Of a stretch of 64,000 nt of DNA, positions 25,601 through 35,600 are shown one piece after another; the stretch's first letter is position 1; every line of letters starts with the position of its first letter. Source of the DNA: an uncultured Verrucomicrobiae bacterium (GTDB taxonomy: Bacteria > Verrucomicrobiota > Verrucomicrobiia > Limisphaerales > JAFGQR01); the NCBI GenBank assembly GCA_963788655.1, contig CAWBHS010000003.1, positions 1-64,000 on the forward strand, read 5' to 3'. The position numbers and the translations under genes are program-made. The notes beneath the pieces were generated by a model that saw nothing but the letters and a program-made list of their open reading frames with translations, did no database searches and had not been told where the DNA came from.

Positions 25601-28195
25601 CGCTGGAAACCAATTACTACAAATTCGAGGTGTCCGCCGACGCGGTGCAGGCCAATTTCGAACTACTGGGCCTGACCGGCGATGTCGATCTGTTTATCCG
25701 TCCCGGCTCCTCGCTGCCCAGCCCGAACAACTTTGCTTACGCCAGCACGAATCTCGGCACCAACGAGGAGTTCGTTGCCGTGGCCATCAACTCGCTGCCC
25801 GTGCCGCTCAGTTCGGGCGAATGGTTCGTGGCAGTGATCAACCAGCAAACCAACGTGGCGGTCGATTACCATCTACAGATGACCGAATTCGTCCCCGGCA
25901 CGCCGGAGTTGTTGGAGTTGACTAACGCTGTGCCCGTTCGTGAAAACCGTGCCGGTCGGCACCGGCGAATTCAATCACCGCCTGGACTATTACTGGTTCA
26001 ACGTCGAGTCCAACGCCACCTGGACCGTGTTTGATGTCATCGCTCCCAGCGCGCCGGTGGACCTCGTGGTGCGCCGCGAGTTGCCGTTGCCAATGGCGGC
26101 CGACTACGATTATCGCAGTATCAATCCGAGCACAAATGACGAGCAGGTGCTGCTGCTGCCGACTTCGACACCGGTTCCGTTGACGCCCGGCCCATGGTAT
26201 CTCGGCGTGGCCCGGCTCGACGTGGCCACCAATGACCTCACGTACGCCATTCGCGCCACCTCGTTTACCAGCGTACCGCCGTCAATCATGGAGCTAACCA
26301 ATGCGCTACCGTTCACCAACGACCTCACCGTGGCGGCCACACAGTATTACCAGTTCCGCGTTTCCACGAACGCGGTCCAGGCCAACTTCGAATTGCTGGG
26401 CCTGACTGGCGATGCCGACTTGTTCATTCGCCCCGGATCGTCCCTGCCGGGCACCAACAATTTCGCCTACGCCAGCACCAACGCCGGCACGAATGCGGAG
26501 TTCATCGCTGTGGCCACCAACTCATTGCCCGTGGCTCTGACGGCCGGCGATTGGTTCATCGGCGTTGTCAACCGCGACTCTACGCCGCTATCTTATTCCA
26601 TCCAGGCGACCGAATTCATTCCGGCTACACCGCTGCTGGTGGAACTGACCAATGGTGTGCCGTTCACGAACACGGTGCTGGCCGGTACCGGCGAATACAA
26701 TCAGCGCGCCGATCACTATCTATTTAACGTGCAGTCCAACGACACGTGGGCGGCGTTCGAAGTCTGGGATGCCGATGTGCCACTGGACCTGTTCGTACGC
26801 CGCGAAACGCCGCTGGCGACGGCTGACACTTACGACTATCTAAGCGTCAATCCCGGCACCAATTACGAGCAGGTGCTCGTGATCACCAACTCGACCCCCG
26901 TGCCGCTCGAAGCCGGCGCCTGGTCGGTCGGCGTCGTGCGTCTCGACGCCGCCACGCAGGACGTTCATTACGTGGTCCAGGCCCTGGCGTTCAACACCGC
27001 ACCGCCGGCCATCACAACATTGAGCAATGCCGTGGCCGTGACGGCCCACGTGCCCGGCGACGGGACACAGTACTATCAGTTCAACGTTTCCAGCAACGCG
27101 GTCCAGGCGAACTTCGAACTCACCGGTCTCACTGGCAACGTCGATCTCTATGTGCGTCCCGGCTCATCGATGCCGGGCCCGGACAACTACGTCTATGCCA
27201 GCACCAACTCTGGCGCCGGCGATGAATGGGTGATCGTTACCACGAATTCCGTCCCGGTGCCGATCATGCCGGGCGGTTGGTTCCTGGCGGTGGTCAACAA
27301 GGACGCATTGCCGGTGGATTATACGGTCCGCGTCACTGAGTTCGTGGCCGGCACCGATGTCGTGCAGCTTACCAACGGCGTGCCGTTCACCAATGACGTG
27401 GCCAGCGTCACCAATCGCCTGGACAGCAGCGTGGACTATTATGTATTCACCGTCTCCACCAACGCGGTCCGCGCCCAATTCGAAGTGTTGGATCTGGATT
27501 CCGATGTCACCATGGTCCTTCGCCACGAACTGCCATTGCCCACTCTGACACAGTATGACTACCAGAGCGCCAATCCCTCCACGAACAACGAAGAAATCGT
27601 GATCTATGACTTTTCGTCTCCAGTGCCGCTTGGTGCCGGCGACTGGTACTTGGGCGTCGTTAAACTTGAAACCAACCAGGTGAATTACATCGTTCGCTTC
27701 AACGAGTTCAGTCAATACAGCGCCAACCTGCTGATCACCGGCATCCAGCCGGCGGCGGACGAATTGTGTCTCACGTGGACCAACACCGTGCCGGGAGTGC
27801 CGTATTATCTTCAAGGGGCCATGGCCTTGGGCACGTCCAACTGGTTTGCCGCCTCCCCGACGCTCACCGCCGACGATACCAGCATCACGTGGTGCCTGCC
27901 GCAGCCGACACCGTTCCGGTTTTTCCGGGTGGCGGAAGGACCGGCCGTAGCGAATGCCGAGCTGGCGGTCCGGATCAGCGACTACGGGATGAACACGAAC
28001 GGCATGGCGTTGGAATGGATTTCCTCGCCGGTGTTGACTTTCCAGGTGGAATGGGCGCCAACAGTGACGGGACCGTGGCAATCCTTCAACGACAGCGTGA
28101 CCTCGACTAACGGCCTGTTCCGGTTCACCGACGACGGCTCCCAAACCGGTGGTCCCGACCCAATCCGCTTCTACCGGCTCAAGTCGCAACCATAA
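10650..28195 (+). CDS. Giant S8 subtilisin-family serine protease (~5,850 aa): N-terminal TM/Pro-rich linker, S8 domain, P-proprotein, LamG and ~30 PPC-like repeats; two +1 frameshifts (~16953, ~25935)
   Basis: Catalytic motifs VNDTG, HGTHV, PAGNEG, KPDVVAPG, SGTSMA; P-domain motifs (HPRASDLSLHLISPQG, GDWTLEIWD); LamG (WYHIAMTYD...LYVDG...DEPSLYSRALSPTEI); the repeats continue across both frameshifts. Confidence 0.9.
17600..27715 (+). repeat. Intragenic tandem array of 14 two-domain (A+B) PPC-like units, period ~725-730 bp
   Basis: A motif YYQF.VS.NAVQANFEL...YASTN.GTNAEFIAVATNS recurs at ~17635, 18360, 19085, 19810, 20535, 21260, 21990, 22715, 23440, 24165, 24895, 25610, 26345 and 27070, each followed by a B motif DYY.FNV.SNATW..F...RRE.PLP...EQVL. 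Confidence 0.9.
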
Positions 28196-28392
28196 GCGAA
28201 CGTCCAACATGTTGCCGGCCCCAACGTGCTGCCGGCCTCCTGCCGGCAGAGCGAACGTAGCAAACCCGATCGAATCGAGAAGGTATCCGAGCGCATCATT
28301 CACCCACCGCATAGCGAGCAAAGAAGCTGTTATTTTCCCTCCGCTCATTTTGTTGCTTTGCTCGTTTCCGTTTGGCCCGCTAAAACAGGGGC

Positions 28393-31300
28393 GTGCAAGC
28401 AATGTTTCTCCTTGGCCCGGCTGGCAGCGGCAAAACCTGGCGCTGCCTGACGGAAATCCGCGAGGCGCTGGTCCAATCGCCGGACGGCCCGCCGCTGGTG
28501 CTGCTCGCCCCCAAACAGGCCACCTTCCAACTCGAACGCCAGTTGCTGGCCGACGCGGCGTTGAGCGGATACACGCGGTTGCACATTCTTTCCTTCGAAC
28601 GGCTCGCCCAGTTTATTTTCCAACGGCTCCACCAAACCCCGCCGCCCTTGCTGAACGAGGAAGGCCGGATCATGGTCTTGCGGGCATTGCTGGCTCGCCA
28701 CCGGAAGGAACTGGAAGTGTTTCACGCCAGCGCGCGGTGGCCGGGATTTGCGCAGCATCTCAGCCAGTTGTTGCGCGAATTGCAGCACCACCACCTCTCC
28801 CCCACCCGGTTGACCAACCTGGCCCATCGCACCGGCGAGAAGACCCCCTTGGGACGCAAGCTGCGCGACTTCGCCTTGCTGCTGAACGCCTATTCGCGCT
28901 GGCTCCAGGAGCATCAGTTGCAGGACGCCGACAGTTTGCTGGACCTGGCCACCGAGGCGCTTCAGGGCTTGGGCGCATCCAGCGATTCGGCGGCGGCGGT
29001 GTTTTCCGTGGAAGGATTGTGGCTCGATGGATTTGCCGAAATGACGCCACAGGAAATCGCCTTGCTCGCGGCGCTCGTGCTGCGTTGCCAGCGGGCCACC
29101 TTGGCCTTTTGCCTGGATCATCAGCCCGCCGCTGACACCTCTTGGCTCAGCCCGTGGACGCTGGTGGGGCAGACCTATCGCCGTTGTCACGCTGCGCTGG
29201 CTGCTTTGTCGGAGTGCAAGGTGTCTGTCGCCATGCTGGAACGTAGTGCGGACTGCTCCCGTTTTGCCGGGCAACCGGTCTTGCGGCATTTGGAGCACCA
29301 TTGGAACTCTCCCACACCTTTGGTCGCCGGTCCGGGAGCGAGCGACGCGGGCGTCCAATCCGTTGTTGAAACGCTCCGACTGGTGCAATGCCCGACGCCC
29401 GAGGACGAAGCCATCGTGGCGGCCCGGGAAGTGTTGCGTCACGTCCGCGAACGCGGGGCGCGCTTTCGCGGTTGCGCCGTCTTGCTGCGCCAACTCGAGA
29501 AGCACCACGACGTGTTGCGGCGCGTGTTTACGCAATATGGCATTCCGTTCTTCCTGGATCGCCGCGAACCGATCACGCATCACCCGCTGGCCGAGCTGAC
29601 CCGATACGCCCTGCGCACCGCCGCGTATGGCTGGCAACAGGAGGATTGGTTCGGCGCTTTGAAAACCGGGCTGGTGCCGATTGCGGAACGTGACCTGGAC
29701 CTGTTGGAAAACGAGGCCCTGGCCCGAGGTTGGTTTGGTGCAACCTGGTCAAATCCACTACCGGTTCCCGCTGCGGCCAATCCGCCCCATCCGCTTGAAG
29801 TGGTCCGGCAACAGATCGTTCCGTCGTTTCAGCAACTCTGCGCCCGCTTGGCCCAGTTGGACAATGGCCCAACCGGCGTACAATTGGCGGATGCGCTGCG
29901 CCGTTTGTGGGGTGACTTGAACGTCGAAACGCAGCTCGCCACTTGGACGGAAACCGCGCCTGCCGCCGGTCCTCACCATCCGGCCATGCACGCCACGGTG
30001 TGGGAACAGATGAACGAGTGGGCGACCAATCTCGCGCGCGCCTTCCCCTCCGAACGACTGCCCCTCCGCGATTGGTTGCCCATCGTCGAAGCCGGACTGG
30101 CCGGATTGACCGTCGGGGTAATCCCGCCCGCGCTCGATCAAGTGCTCATTGGCGCGATTGACCGATCGCGCAATCCGGAACTGCAATTGGCCGTGATCCT
30201 CGGCGTCAATGAATCACTGTTCCCCGCACCACCAACCACTGACGGCTTGCTTACGGAGGTTGAACGTTTGGCGCTGGAGCGGGAAGATGTCTGGCTTGGC
30301 CCCACCACCAAACAACGCCTCGGGCACGAACGTTATTTCGGTTACATCGCCTGTACCCGCGCCCGGCAACGTCTGGTGCTCACCTGCGCCACGCGCGATG
30401 CGCAGGATCGCGCGTTGAATCCGTCGCGCTTCGTTCAACATCTCCAGCAACTCTTTCCGGGCTTGGCCCTGGAGACATTTTCGCCGGCGATCGACTGGCG
30501 CGAATGCGAGCACGTCACAGAACTGTTGCCCTGGCTCGTCGCCCCGCAAGCGGATGCATCGTCCCCTGCCATTCCCGCCGAAGTCGGCGCCTGGCCGTGT
30601 GTCGCCCCGATGCTCGAACGGTTGCGCCTTCTGCACGAACCTTCGCCGGAGGAACGGCTTTCCGCGCCGATGGTGGACCGTCTTTATGGCCAGGCACTGC
30701 AAACGAGCGTCACGCATTTGGAACGGTTTGCGGAATGTCCGTTCCGGTTCTTCGTTCATACTGGGCTGCGCGCGCAAGAACGGGAACGGTTCGAAGCGGA
30801 CGTGCGGCAAATGGGCAGTTATCAGCACGCGGTGCTCAAAGAATACCACGACCGCGCCGTTCAGGAAGGTCGCCAGTGGCGCGATTTCACATCGGCCGAA
30901 GCGCGCACTCGCCTGCGGAAAATGGCCCAGGAACTGGCGAAGACTTTCGCCGACGGAGTCATGTTGGCCACCGAGCAGAGCCGCTTCCTGACGCAAACCC
31001 TCACGGCCAACCTCGAGGACTTTATCGAAACCACCACCACCTGGCTGCGCGCGCAATACGCGTTCAATCCCACCGCGGCCGAACTGGAATTTGGCCCAAA
31101 AGGACCGCTGCCGCCGTGGGAATTACCTTTGGCCAATGACCGCCAACTAAAGTTCATTGGCGTGATTGACCGCGTGGATCTTTGGACTTCGCCCGAAGAC
31201 GACGCAGCGCTTTGCGTGGTGATGGATTACAAATCGAGCGCCCGCCGAGTTGACCCTCGCCTGCTGGCCAACGGCGTGCAACTCCAACTGCCCGCCTACC

Positions 31301-31857
31301 TGAGCGTGTTGCGTCACCTGAAGGATCCGCAATCCGCATTTGGCGTGCAGCGCCTGATTCCCGCCGGGGTGTTTTATGTGAACCTGCGCGGTCAATACGA
31401 CAGCGGCAAGCATCGCAACGAAGTGCTGGCGGACGTTCAGGCGCGGCCCCTCGCGTTTCAGCACAGCGGCCGCTTCAACCAGGACGCGTTGGAATACCTC
31501 GACACCCGGCCGCGCCCGCCGGATCAGGAAAAGTTCGGCGACCAGTTCCATTTCAGAATTACCAAGAAGGGCAAAGTCCACGGTGCCTACAAAGACGCGA
31601 TGAACCCAAACCAGTTCGGCGGCATGCTGGATCAAGTGGAAACGCTGCTGCGCGACATGGGCGAGCGCATTTTCCAAGGTGAAGCCGGGGTGTCGCCGTA
31701 TCGTCAAAGCGCCAGCACGCCCTGCCAGCGTTGCGACTACCGGGCGATCTGCCGGTTTGATCCGTGGACGCAATCCTACCGGGCGCTGAATGAGCCGCAA
31801 CCGTTCGCTGAGGAAGAGCCGGAAATGTCCGGCAACGGGAGAAACGTGAAACAATGA
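28393..31857 (+). CDS. addB: ATP-dependent helicase/nuclease subunit B (AddB/RexB)
   Basis: GPAGSGKT P-loop, LWLDGF, YIACTRA, C-terminal PD-(D/E)xK nuclease (GVIDRVD...VMDYKS...QLPAY) with Fe-S cysteines CPF...CQRCDYRAIC. Confidence 0.92.
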   Translation: MQAMFLLGPAGSGKTWRCLTEIREALVQSPDGPPLVLLAPKQATFQLERQLLADAALSGYTRLHILSFERLAQFIFQRLHQTPPPLLNEEGRIMVLRALLARHRKELEVFHASARWPGFAQHLSQLLRELQHHHLSPTRLTNLAHRTGEKTPLGRKLRDFALLLNAYSRWLQEHQLQDADSLLDLATEALQGLGASSDSAAAVFSVEGLWLDGFAEMTPQEIALLAALVLRCQRATLAFCLDHQPAADTSWLSPWTLVGQTYRRCHAALAALSECKVSVAMLERSADCSRFAGQPVLRHLEHHWNSPTPLVAGPGASDAGVQSVVETLRLVQCPTPEDEAIVAAREVLRHVRERGARFRGCAVLLRQLEKHHDVLRRVFTQYGIPFFLDRREPITHHPLAELTRYALRTAAYGWQQEDWFGALKTGLVPIAERDLDLLENEALARGWFGATWSNPLPVPAAANPPHPLEVVRQQIVPSFQQLCARLAQLDNGPTGVQLADALRRLWGDLNVETQLATWTETAPAAGPHHPAMHATVWEQMNEWATNLARAFPSERLPLRDWLPIVEAGLAGLTVGVIPPALDQVLIGAIDRSRNPELQLAVILGVNESLFPAPPTTDGLLTEVERLALEREDVWLGPTTKQRLGHERYFGYIACTRARQRLVLTCATRDAQDRALNPSRFVQHLQQLFPGLALETFSPAIDWRECEHVTELLPWLVAPQADASSPAIPAEVGAWPCVAPMLERLRLLHEPSPEERLSAPMVDRLYGQALQTSVTHLERFAECPFRFFVHTGLRAQERERFEADVRQMGSYQHAVLKEYHDRAVQEGRQWRDFTSAEARTRLRKMAQELAKTFADGVMLATEQSRFLTQTLTANLEDFIETTTTWLRAQYAFNPTAAELEFGPKGPLPPWELPLANDRQLKFIGVIDRVDLWTSPEDDAALCVVMDYKSSARRVDPRLLANGVQLQLPAYLSVLRHLKDPQSAFGVQRLIPAGVFYVNLRGQYDSGKHRNEVLADVQARPLAFQHSGRFNQDALEYLDTRPRPPDQEKFGDQFHFRITKKGKVHGAYKDAMNPNQFGGMLDQVETLLRDMGERIFQGEAGVSPYRQSASTPCQRCDYRAICRFDPWTQSYRALNEPQPFAEEEPEMSGNGRNVKQ

Positions 31858-31879
31858 GTGGCTTCTTGAGAACACTCGG

Positions 31880-32580
31880 ACTTTCGAGTCTGGTCCGGGC
31901 TGACGTTGATTTGGTGGTGACTGCCCAGGGAATGTTCGTGCTAAGCGGTGGCACCTCCATCTGTTCCCTCTCCCCGAGGGAGAGGGTCAGGGTGAGGGGA
32001 AACGCGACATTCGAACCGCGCACCCGCTGCGGAATTGTGGCCGGCAGCGAAGAAGCATTTTGGGACGGCGCGGGTAACCGGACGGTTCCTTCCCCCTCAC
32101 CCCTGCCCTCTCCCTTGGGGAGAGGGAGCACTTTCGGCTCCGAGGTACAGAACAAGAGGCCACTTCGACCTTCGAAAGCAATCCGGACGAGGGTCGATTT
32201 GACGGTGAATGCTCGGGGAAGGTTCGTATTAATCGGCGGCACCTCCCGCTGTTCCCTCTCCCCAAGGGAGAGGGTCAGGGTGAGGGGAAACGCGATATTC
32301 GAACCGGAGGAACCGCTGCGGAATTGTGGCCGGCAGCGAAGAAGCGTTTTGGGACGGCGCGGGTAACCGGACGGTTCCTTCCCCCTCACCCCTGCCCTCT
32401 CCCTTGGGGAGAGGGAGCACTTTCGGCTCCGAGGCACAGAACAAGAGGCCACTTCGACCTTCGAAAGCAATCCGGACGAGGGTCGATTTGACGGTGAATG
32501 CTCGGGGAAGGTTCGTATTAATCGGCGGCATCTCGGGCTGTTCCCTCTCCCTGAGGGAGAGGGTCAGGGTGAGGGGAAAG
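31880..32580. repeat. Tandem ~288-bp units (about 2.4 copies) each carrying inverted CCCTCACCC/GGGAGAGGG REPs (BIME/REPIN-like)
   Basis: CTGTTCCCTCTCCC recurs at 31961, 32249 and 32538; intervening sequence near-identical. Confidence 0.92.
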
Positions 32581-32651
32581 GAACCGCACCGAGACTCCAT
32601 GCATTGCCGGTTTCAAGGACTCCTTATCACAAAAGTTTCGCCCACCCATCC

Positions 32652-35600
32652 ATGAACACCTTCACCCCCAGCCAACAGCAGGCGATTACCGCTCGCGGCA
32701 ATGTGCTTGTAATCGCCGGGGCCGGGGCCGGCAAAACCAGCACGCTGGTGGAACGCTGTTTGGCGGCCCTTCTCGATCCGGCCCATCCCGTCAGCCTCGA
32801 TGAAATTCTGATGGTCACGTTCACCGAAGCCGCGGCCGCGGAGATGAAACACCGCATCCGCGAGCGATTGCTGCACGCTCAGGCCGGCCTACACGCAGAC
32901 TCCGCCAAGGCCCGCGAACGCCTCGAGGAACAACTGGCCTTGCTGGACACCGCCGCCATCGGCACGCTCCACGGCTTTTGTTTGCGGTTGGTGCGGGAGC
33001 ATTTTCATGAGCTGGCCCTCGATCCCCAACTGCTGGTCTTGCCCGAGGAACAGGTTCACTTACTGCGCGAGGAAACATTGGACGCCATCCTGCAGGCGCA
33101 CTTCGCCGGCGCCACTCCCCACGGCGCCGCCGTGCAGCAATTGATCGAGGTGCAAGGCCGCGGGCGGGAGGAAGTCATCCGCGCGCTGGTGCTCAAGTTG
33201 CACACCTATACCCAGACCCTGGCCGATCCGCGCGGCTGGATGGCCGAGCAATTGGCGCAGTATCGTCAGGCCAACCCTGCGGCATGGCGTGCCTGGCTGC
33301 TGGATGGATTCCATCATTGGCGCGAACTGTGGCTGCCGGAACTCGAAACCCAGCCCGTCGAAAATCAAAAAGCCCACACCCTCGCCCGGCAACTGCGTGA
33401 CCTCGATCCGGCCGCGGACCGTCCGGCGGTTGCCGCAGTGTTGGCCAAGATCGTTGCGGCCGACGGCGACTGGCCGCGCGGCACCAAGGGCAAGTTCCGC
33501 GGTCCCATTGAAAACTTTTACGACGAAGCGGCGTTCCTGCACTCCCTGACGACGGTGAACGACGGCCACGATCCGCTGGCGGAAGACTGGGACTGGACGC
33601 GCGGCCACATCGAAACGTTGCTCACGTTGACGCGCGAGTTCACCACCGTCTTTGCCGCCGCCAAACGCGAGCAGGCGGCGGTGGATTTCCAGGACCTGGA
33701 ACAATTCGCGCTCCAACTGCTCTGGGATCCTGCCGCCGGGCGACCGACACTCCTGGCCGAGGAACTCCGCGGCCGGTTCAAGCTCGTCTTCGTGGATGAA
33801 TACCAGGACATCAACGCGGCCCAGGACCAAATCATCACTGCCTTGGGCGGCGAAGGCGCGGCAGCGAACCGGTTTCTGGTCGGCGATGTCAAACAATGCA
33901 TTTACCGGTTCCGCTTGTCTGATCCGCGCATTTTTCAAAACTACCGGCGCGGGTGGTCCGCCGAGGAAGCCGCCGGGAAGGTGCTGGGATTGGCGGACAA
34001 TTTTCGCAGCCGCGAACTGCTGCTGCGGTTCATCAATCCGCTCTTTGCCGAACTGATGCGCGCGGGTCTGGGCGGCGTGGACTACACTGACGCCGAGCAT
34101 CTCCAATTCGGCGCGCCGGATCAACGGGGCGAACTGGCCGCCGGGGCTGATGCGACACCGTGCGTGGAAGTTCACCTGCGGCTAACCGGCAACGAATCGG
34201 AAGCAGAAAGCAACGGCGACGAACCGCCCGCGAACAGCCAAGCCCCCGACGTGGCCGAACTGACCCAGGCCGAACAGGAAGCCCGCATCATCGCCCAACG
34301 CCTGCGCGAACTTGTGACCACGGGCCACCGGGTCTGGGACAAAGACGAAGGCGCCTGGCGGGCGGTCCGTTACGGCGATATGGCGGTGCTGTTGCGGGCG
34401 CTATCGGCCAAAGCCGAAGTGTATGCCCGCGAATTCCACCGGCAAGGCGTGCCGCTGCAAGTAGCGCGCGGTGACTTTTACGAAAGCACCGAAATCACGG
34501 ATCTGCTCAGCCTGCTGCAACTGCTCGATAATCCACTGCAAGACTTTCCCCTGTTGACCGTGCTGCGCTCGCCATTGGTGGGATTGTCGCTCGACGATCT
34601 GGCCAGCATCCGCTTGGTGGTGCGCAAGGCCCCGCTTTGGACGGCGTTGAACCGGTGGCACCAGACAAACAATGGAGTCGCCGGAACCGAGGCGCACGAC
34701 TCCGTTGTCGGCGCTGAACCGGCAATCCGTACCGACACGTTCACCGCCTGGCAGAAAGTGGACACCTTCCTTGAACGGTTTGCCCGCTGGCGCCGATTGG
34801 GTCGCGACACTTCGCTCTCGCAACGATTGGAAACGGTGCTGGCCGAAACATTATACAGCGATTGGCTGCTTACCCAGCCACGCGGCCTGCAACGCGTTGC
34901 CAACGTGAAGCGGTTGCTGACGCTGGCGCAGCAGTTCGATCCGTTGCAGCGGCAGGGGCTCGCACGGTTCCTGCGATTTGTCGAGGCCCAGCAGGAAGCC
35001 ATCGTGACCAGCGAACCGGTGGTCACCGCGGGAACTGATGCCGTGCGGTTAACCACCATCCATAAAAGCAAGGGCTTGGAATACCCGGTCGTGGTGCTGG
35101 CCGACTTGGGCAAACGGTTCAACCTGCGCGACCTGTCCGGGCGCATTCTGTTGGACGAAGAATACGGTCTGTGCCCCCAGGTGCAACCGCCGCAAACCGG
35201 CCGTTACTATCCCAGCTTGCCGTATTGGCTGGCCAAACGCCGGCAGCGCAACGAAGCGTTGGGCGAGGAACTCCGATTGCTCTACGTCGCAGTCACTCGC
35301 GCGCGTGACCTATTGTTACTGACGGGCACGGTTTCCCAATCCGCAGCCGCCAAATGGTCCGCGCAAAGCAGCCGGCCTTGTGAGCGCGAACTGGTGGCTG
35401 CCGGCAGTTATCTGCACTGGCTCGGCCCGTGGTGGACGCGCCAGATTGGTGATTCCGAATGGACGGCCCACGCCGAAGGACAAACGGATTTGTTCCGCTG
35501 GAGAATCCACGGGGAAGAAGTTGGTGGAGCGGAGGATGTTGTCGTGAGTTCTGCACTGGCAACCAAGCCTGACAGTCGGGGCAAGGTGTTGGCCACTGAC

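Noticed and set aside
16940..25945. Programmed frameshifting or phase variation splitting the giant protease into three genes
   Set aside because: Both breaks are +1 in mid-repeat with no slippery heptamer or long homopolymer, the same type as breaks in the pilin genes; sequencing error is the simpler explanation.
17600..27715. Diversity-generating retroelement template/variable repeats or shufflon in the repeat array
   Set aside because: Differences between copies do not look adenine-specific, all copies are coding and co-oriented, and no reverse transcriptase or recombinase is in the window.
672..28195. tRNA-anchored genomic island containing the TA pair, pilins and protease
   Set aside because: The cluster lies on the 5' side of the tRNA, I saw no integrase or duplicated tRNA 3' end, and it carries the same REP families as the housekeeping region.
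31880..32580. Possible IS element or CRISPR between addB and addA
   Set aside because: No transposase-like ORF and no unique spacers; it is a tandem of REP doublets.
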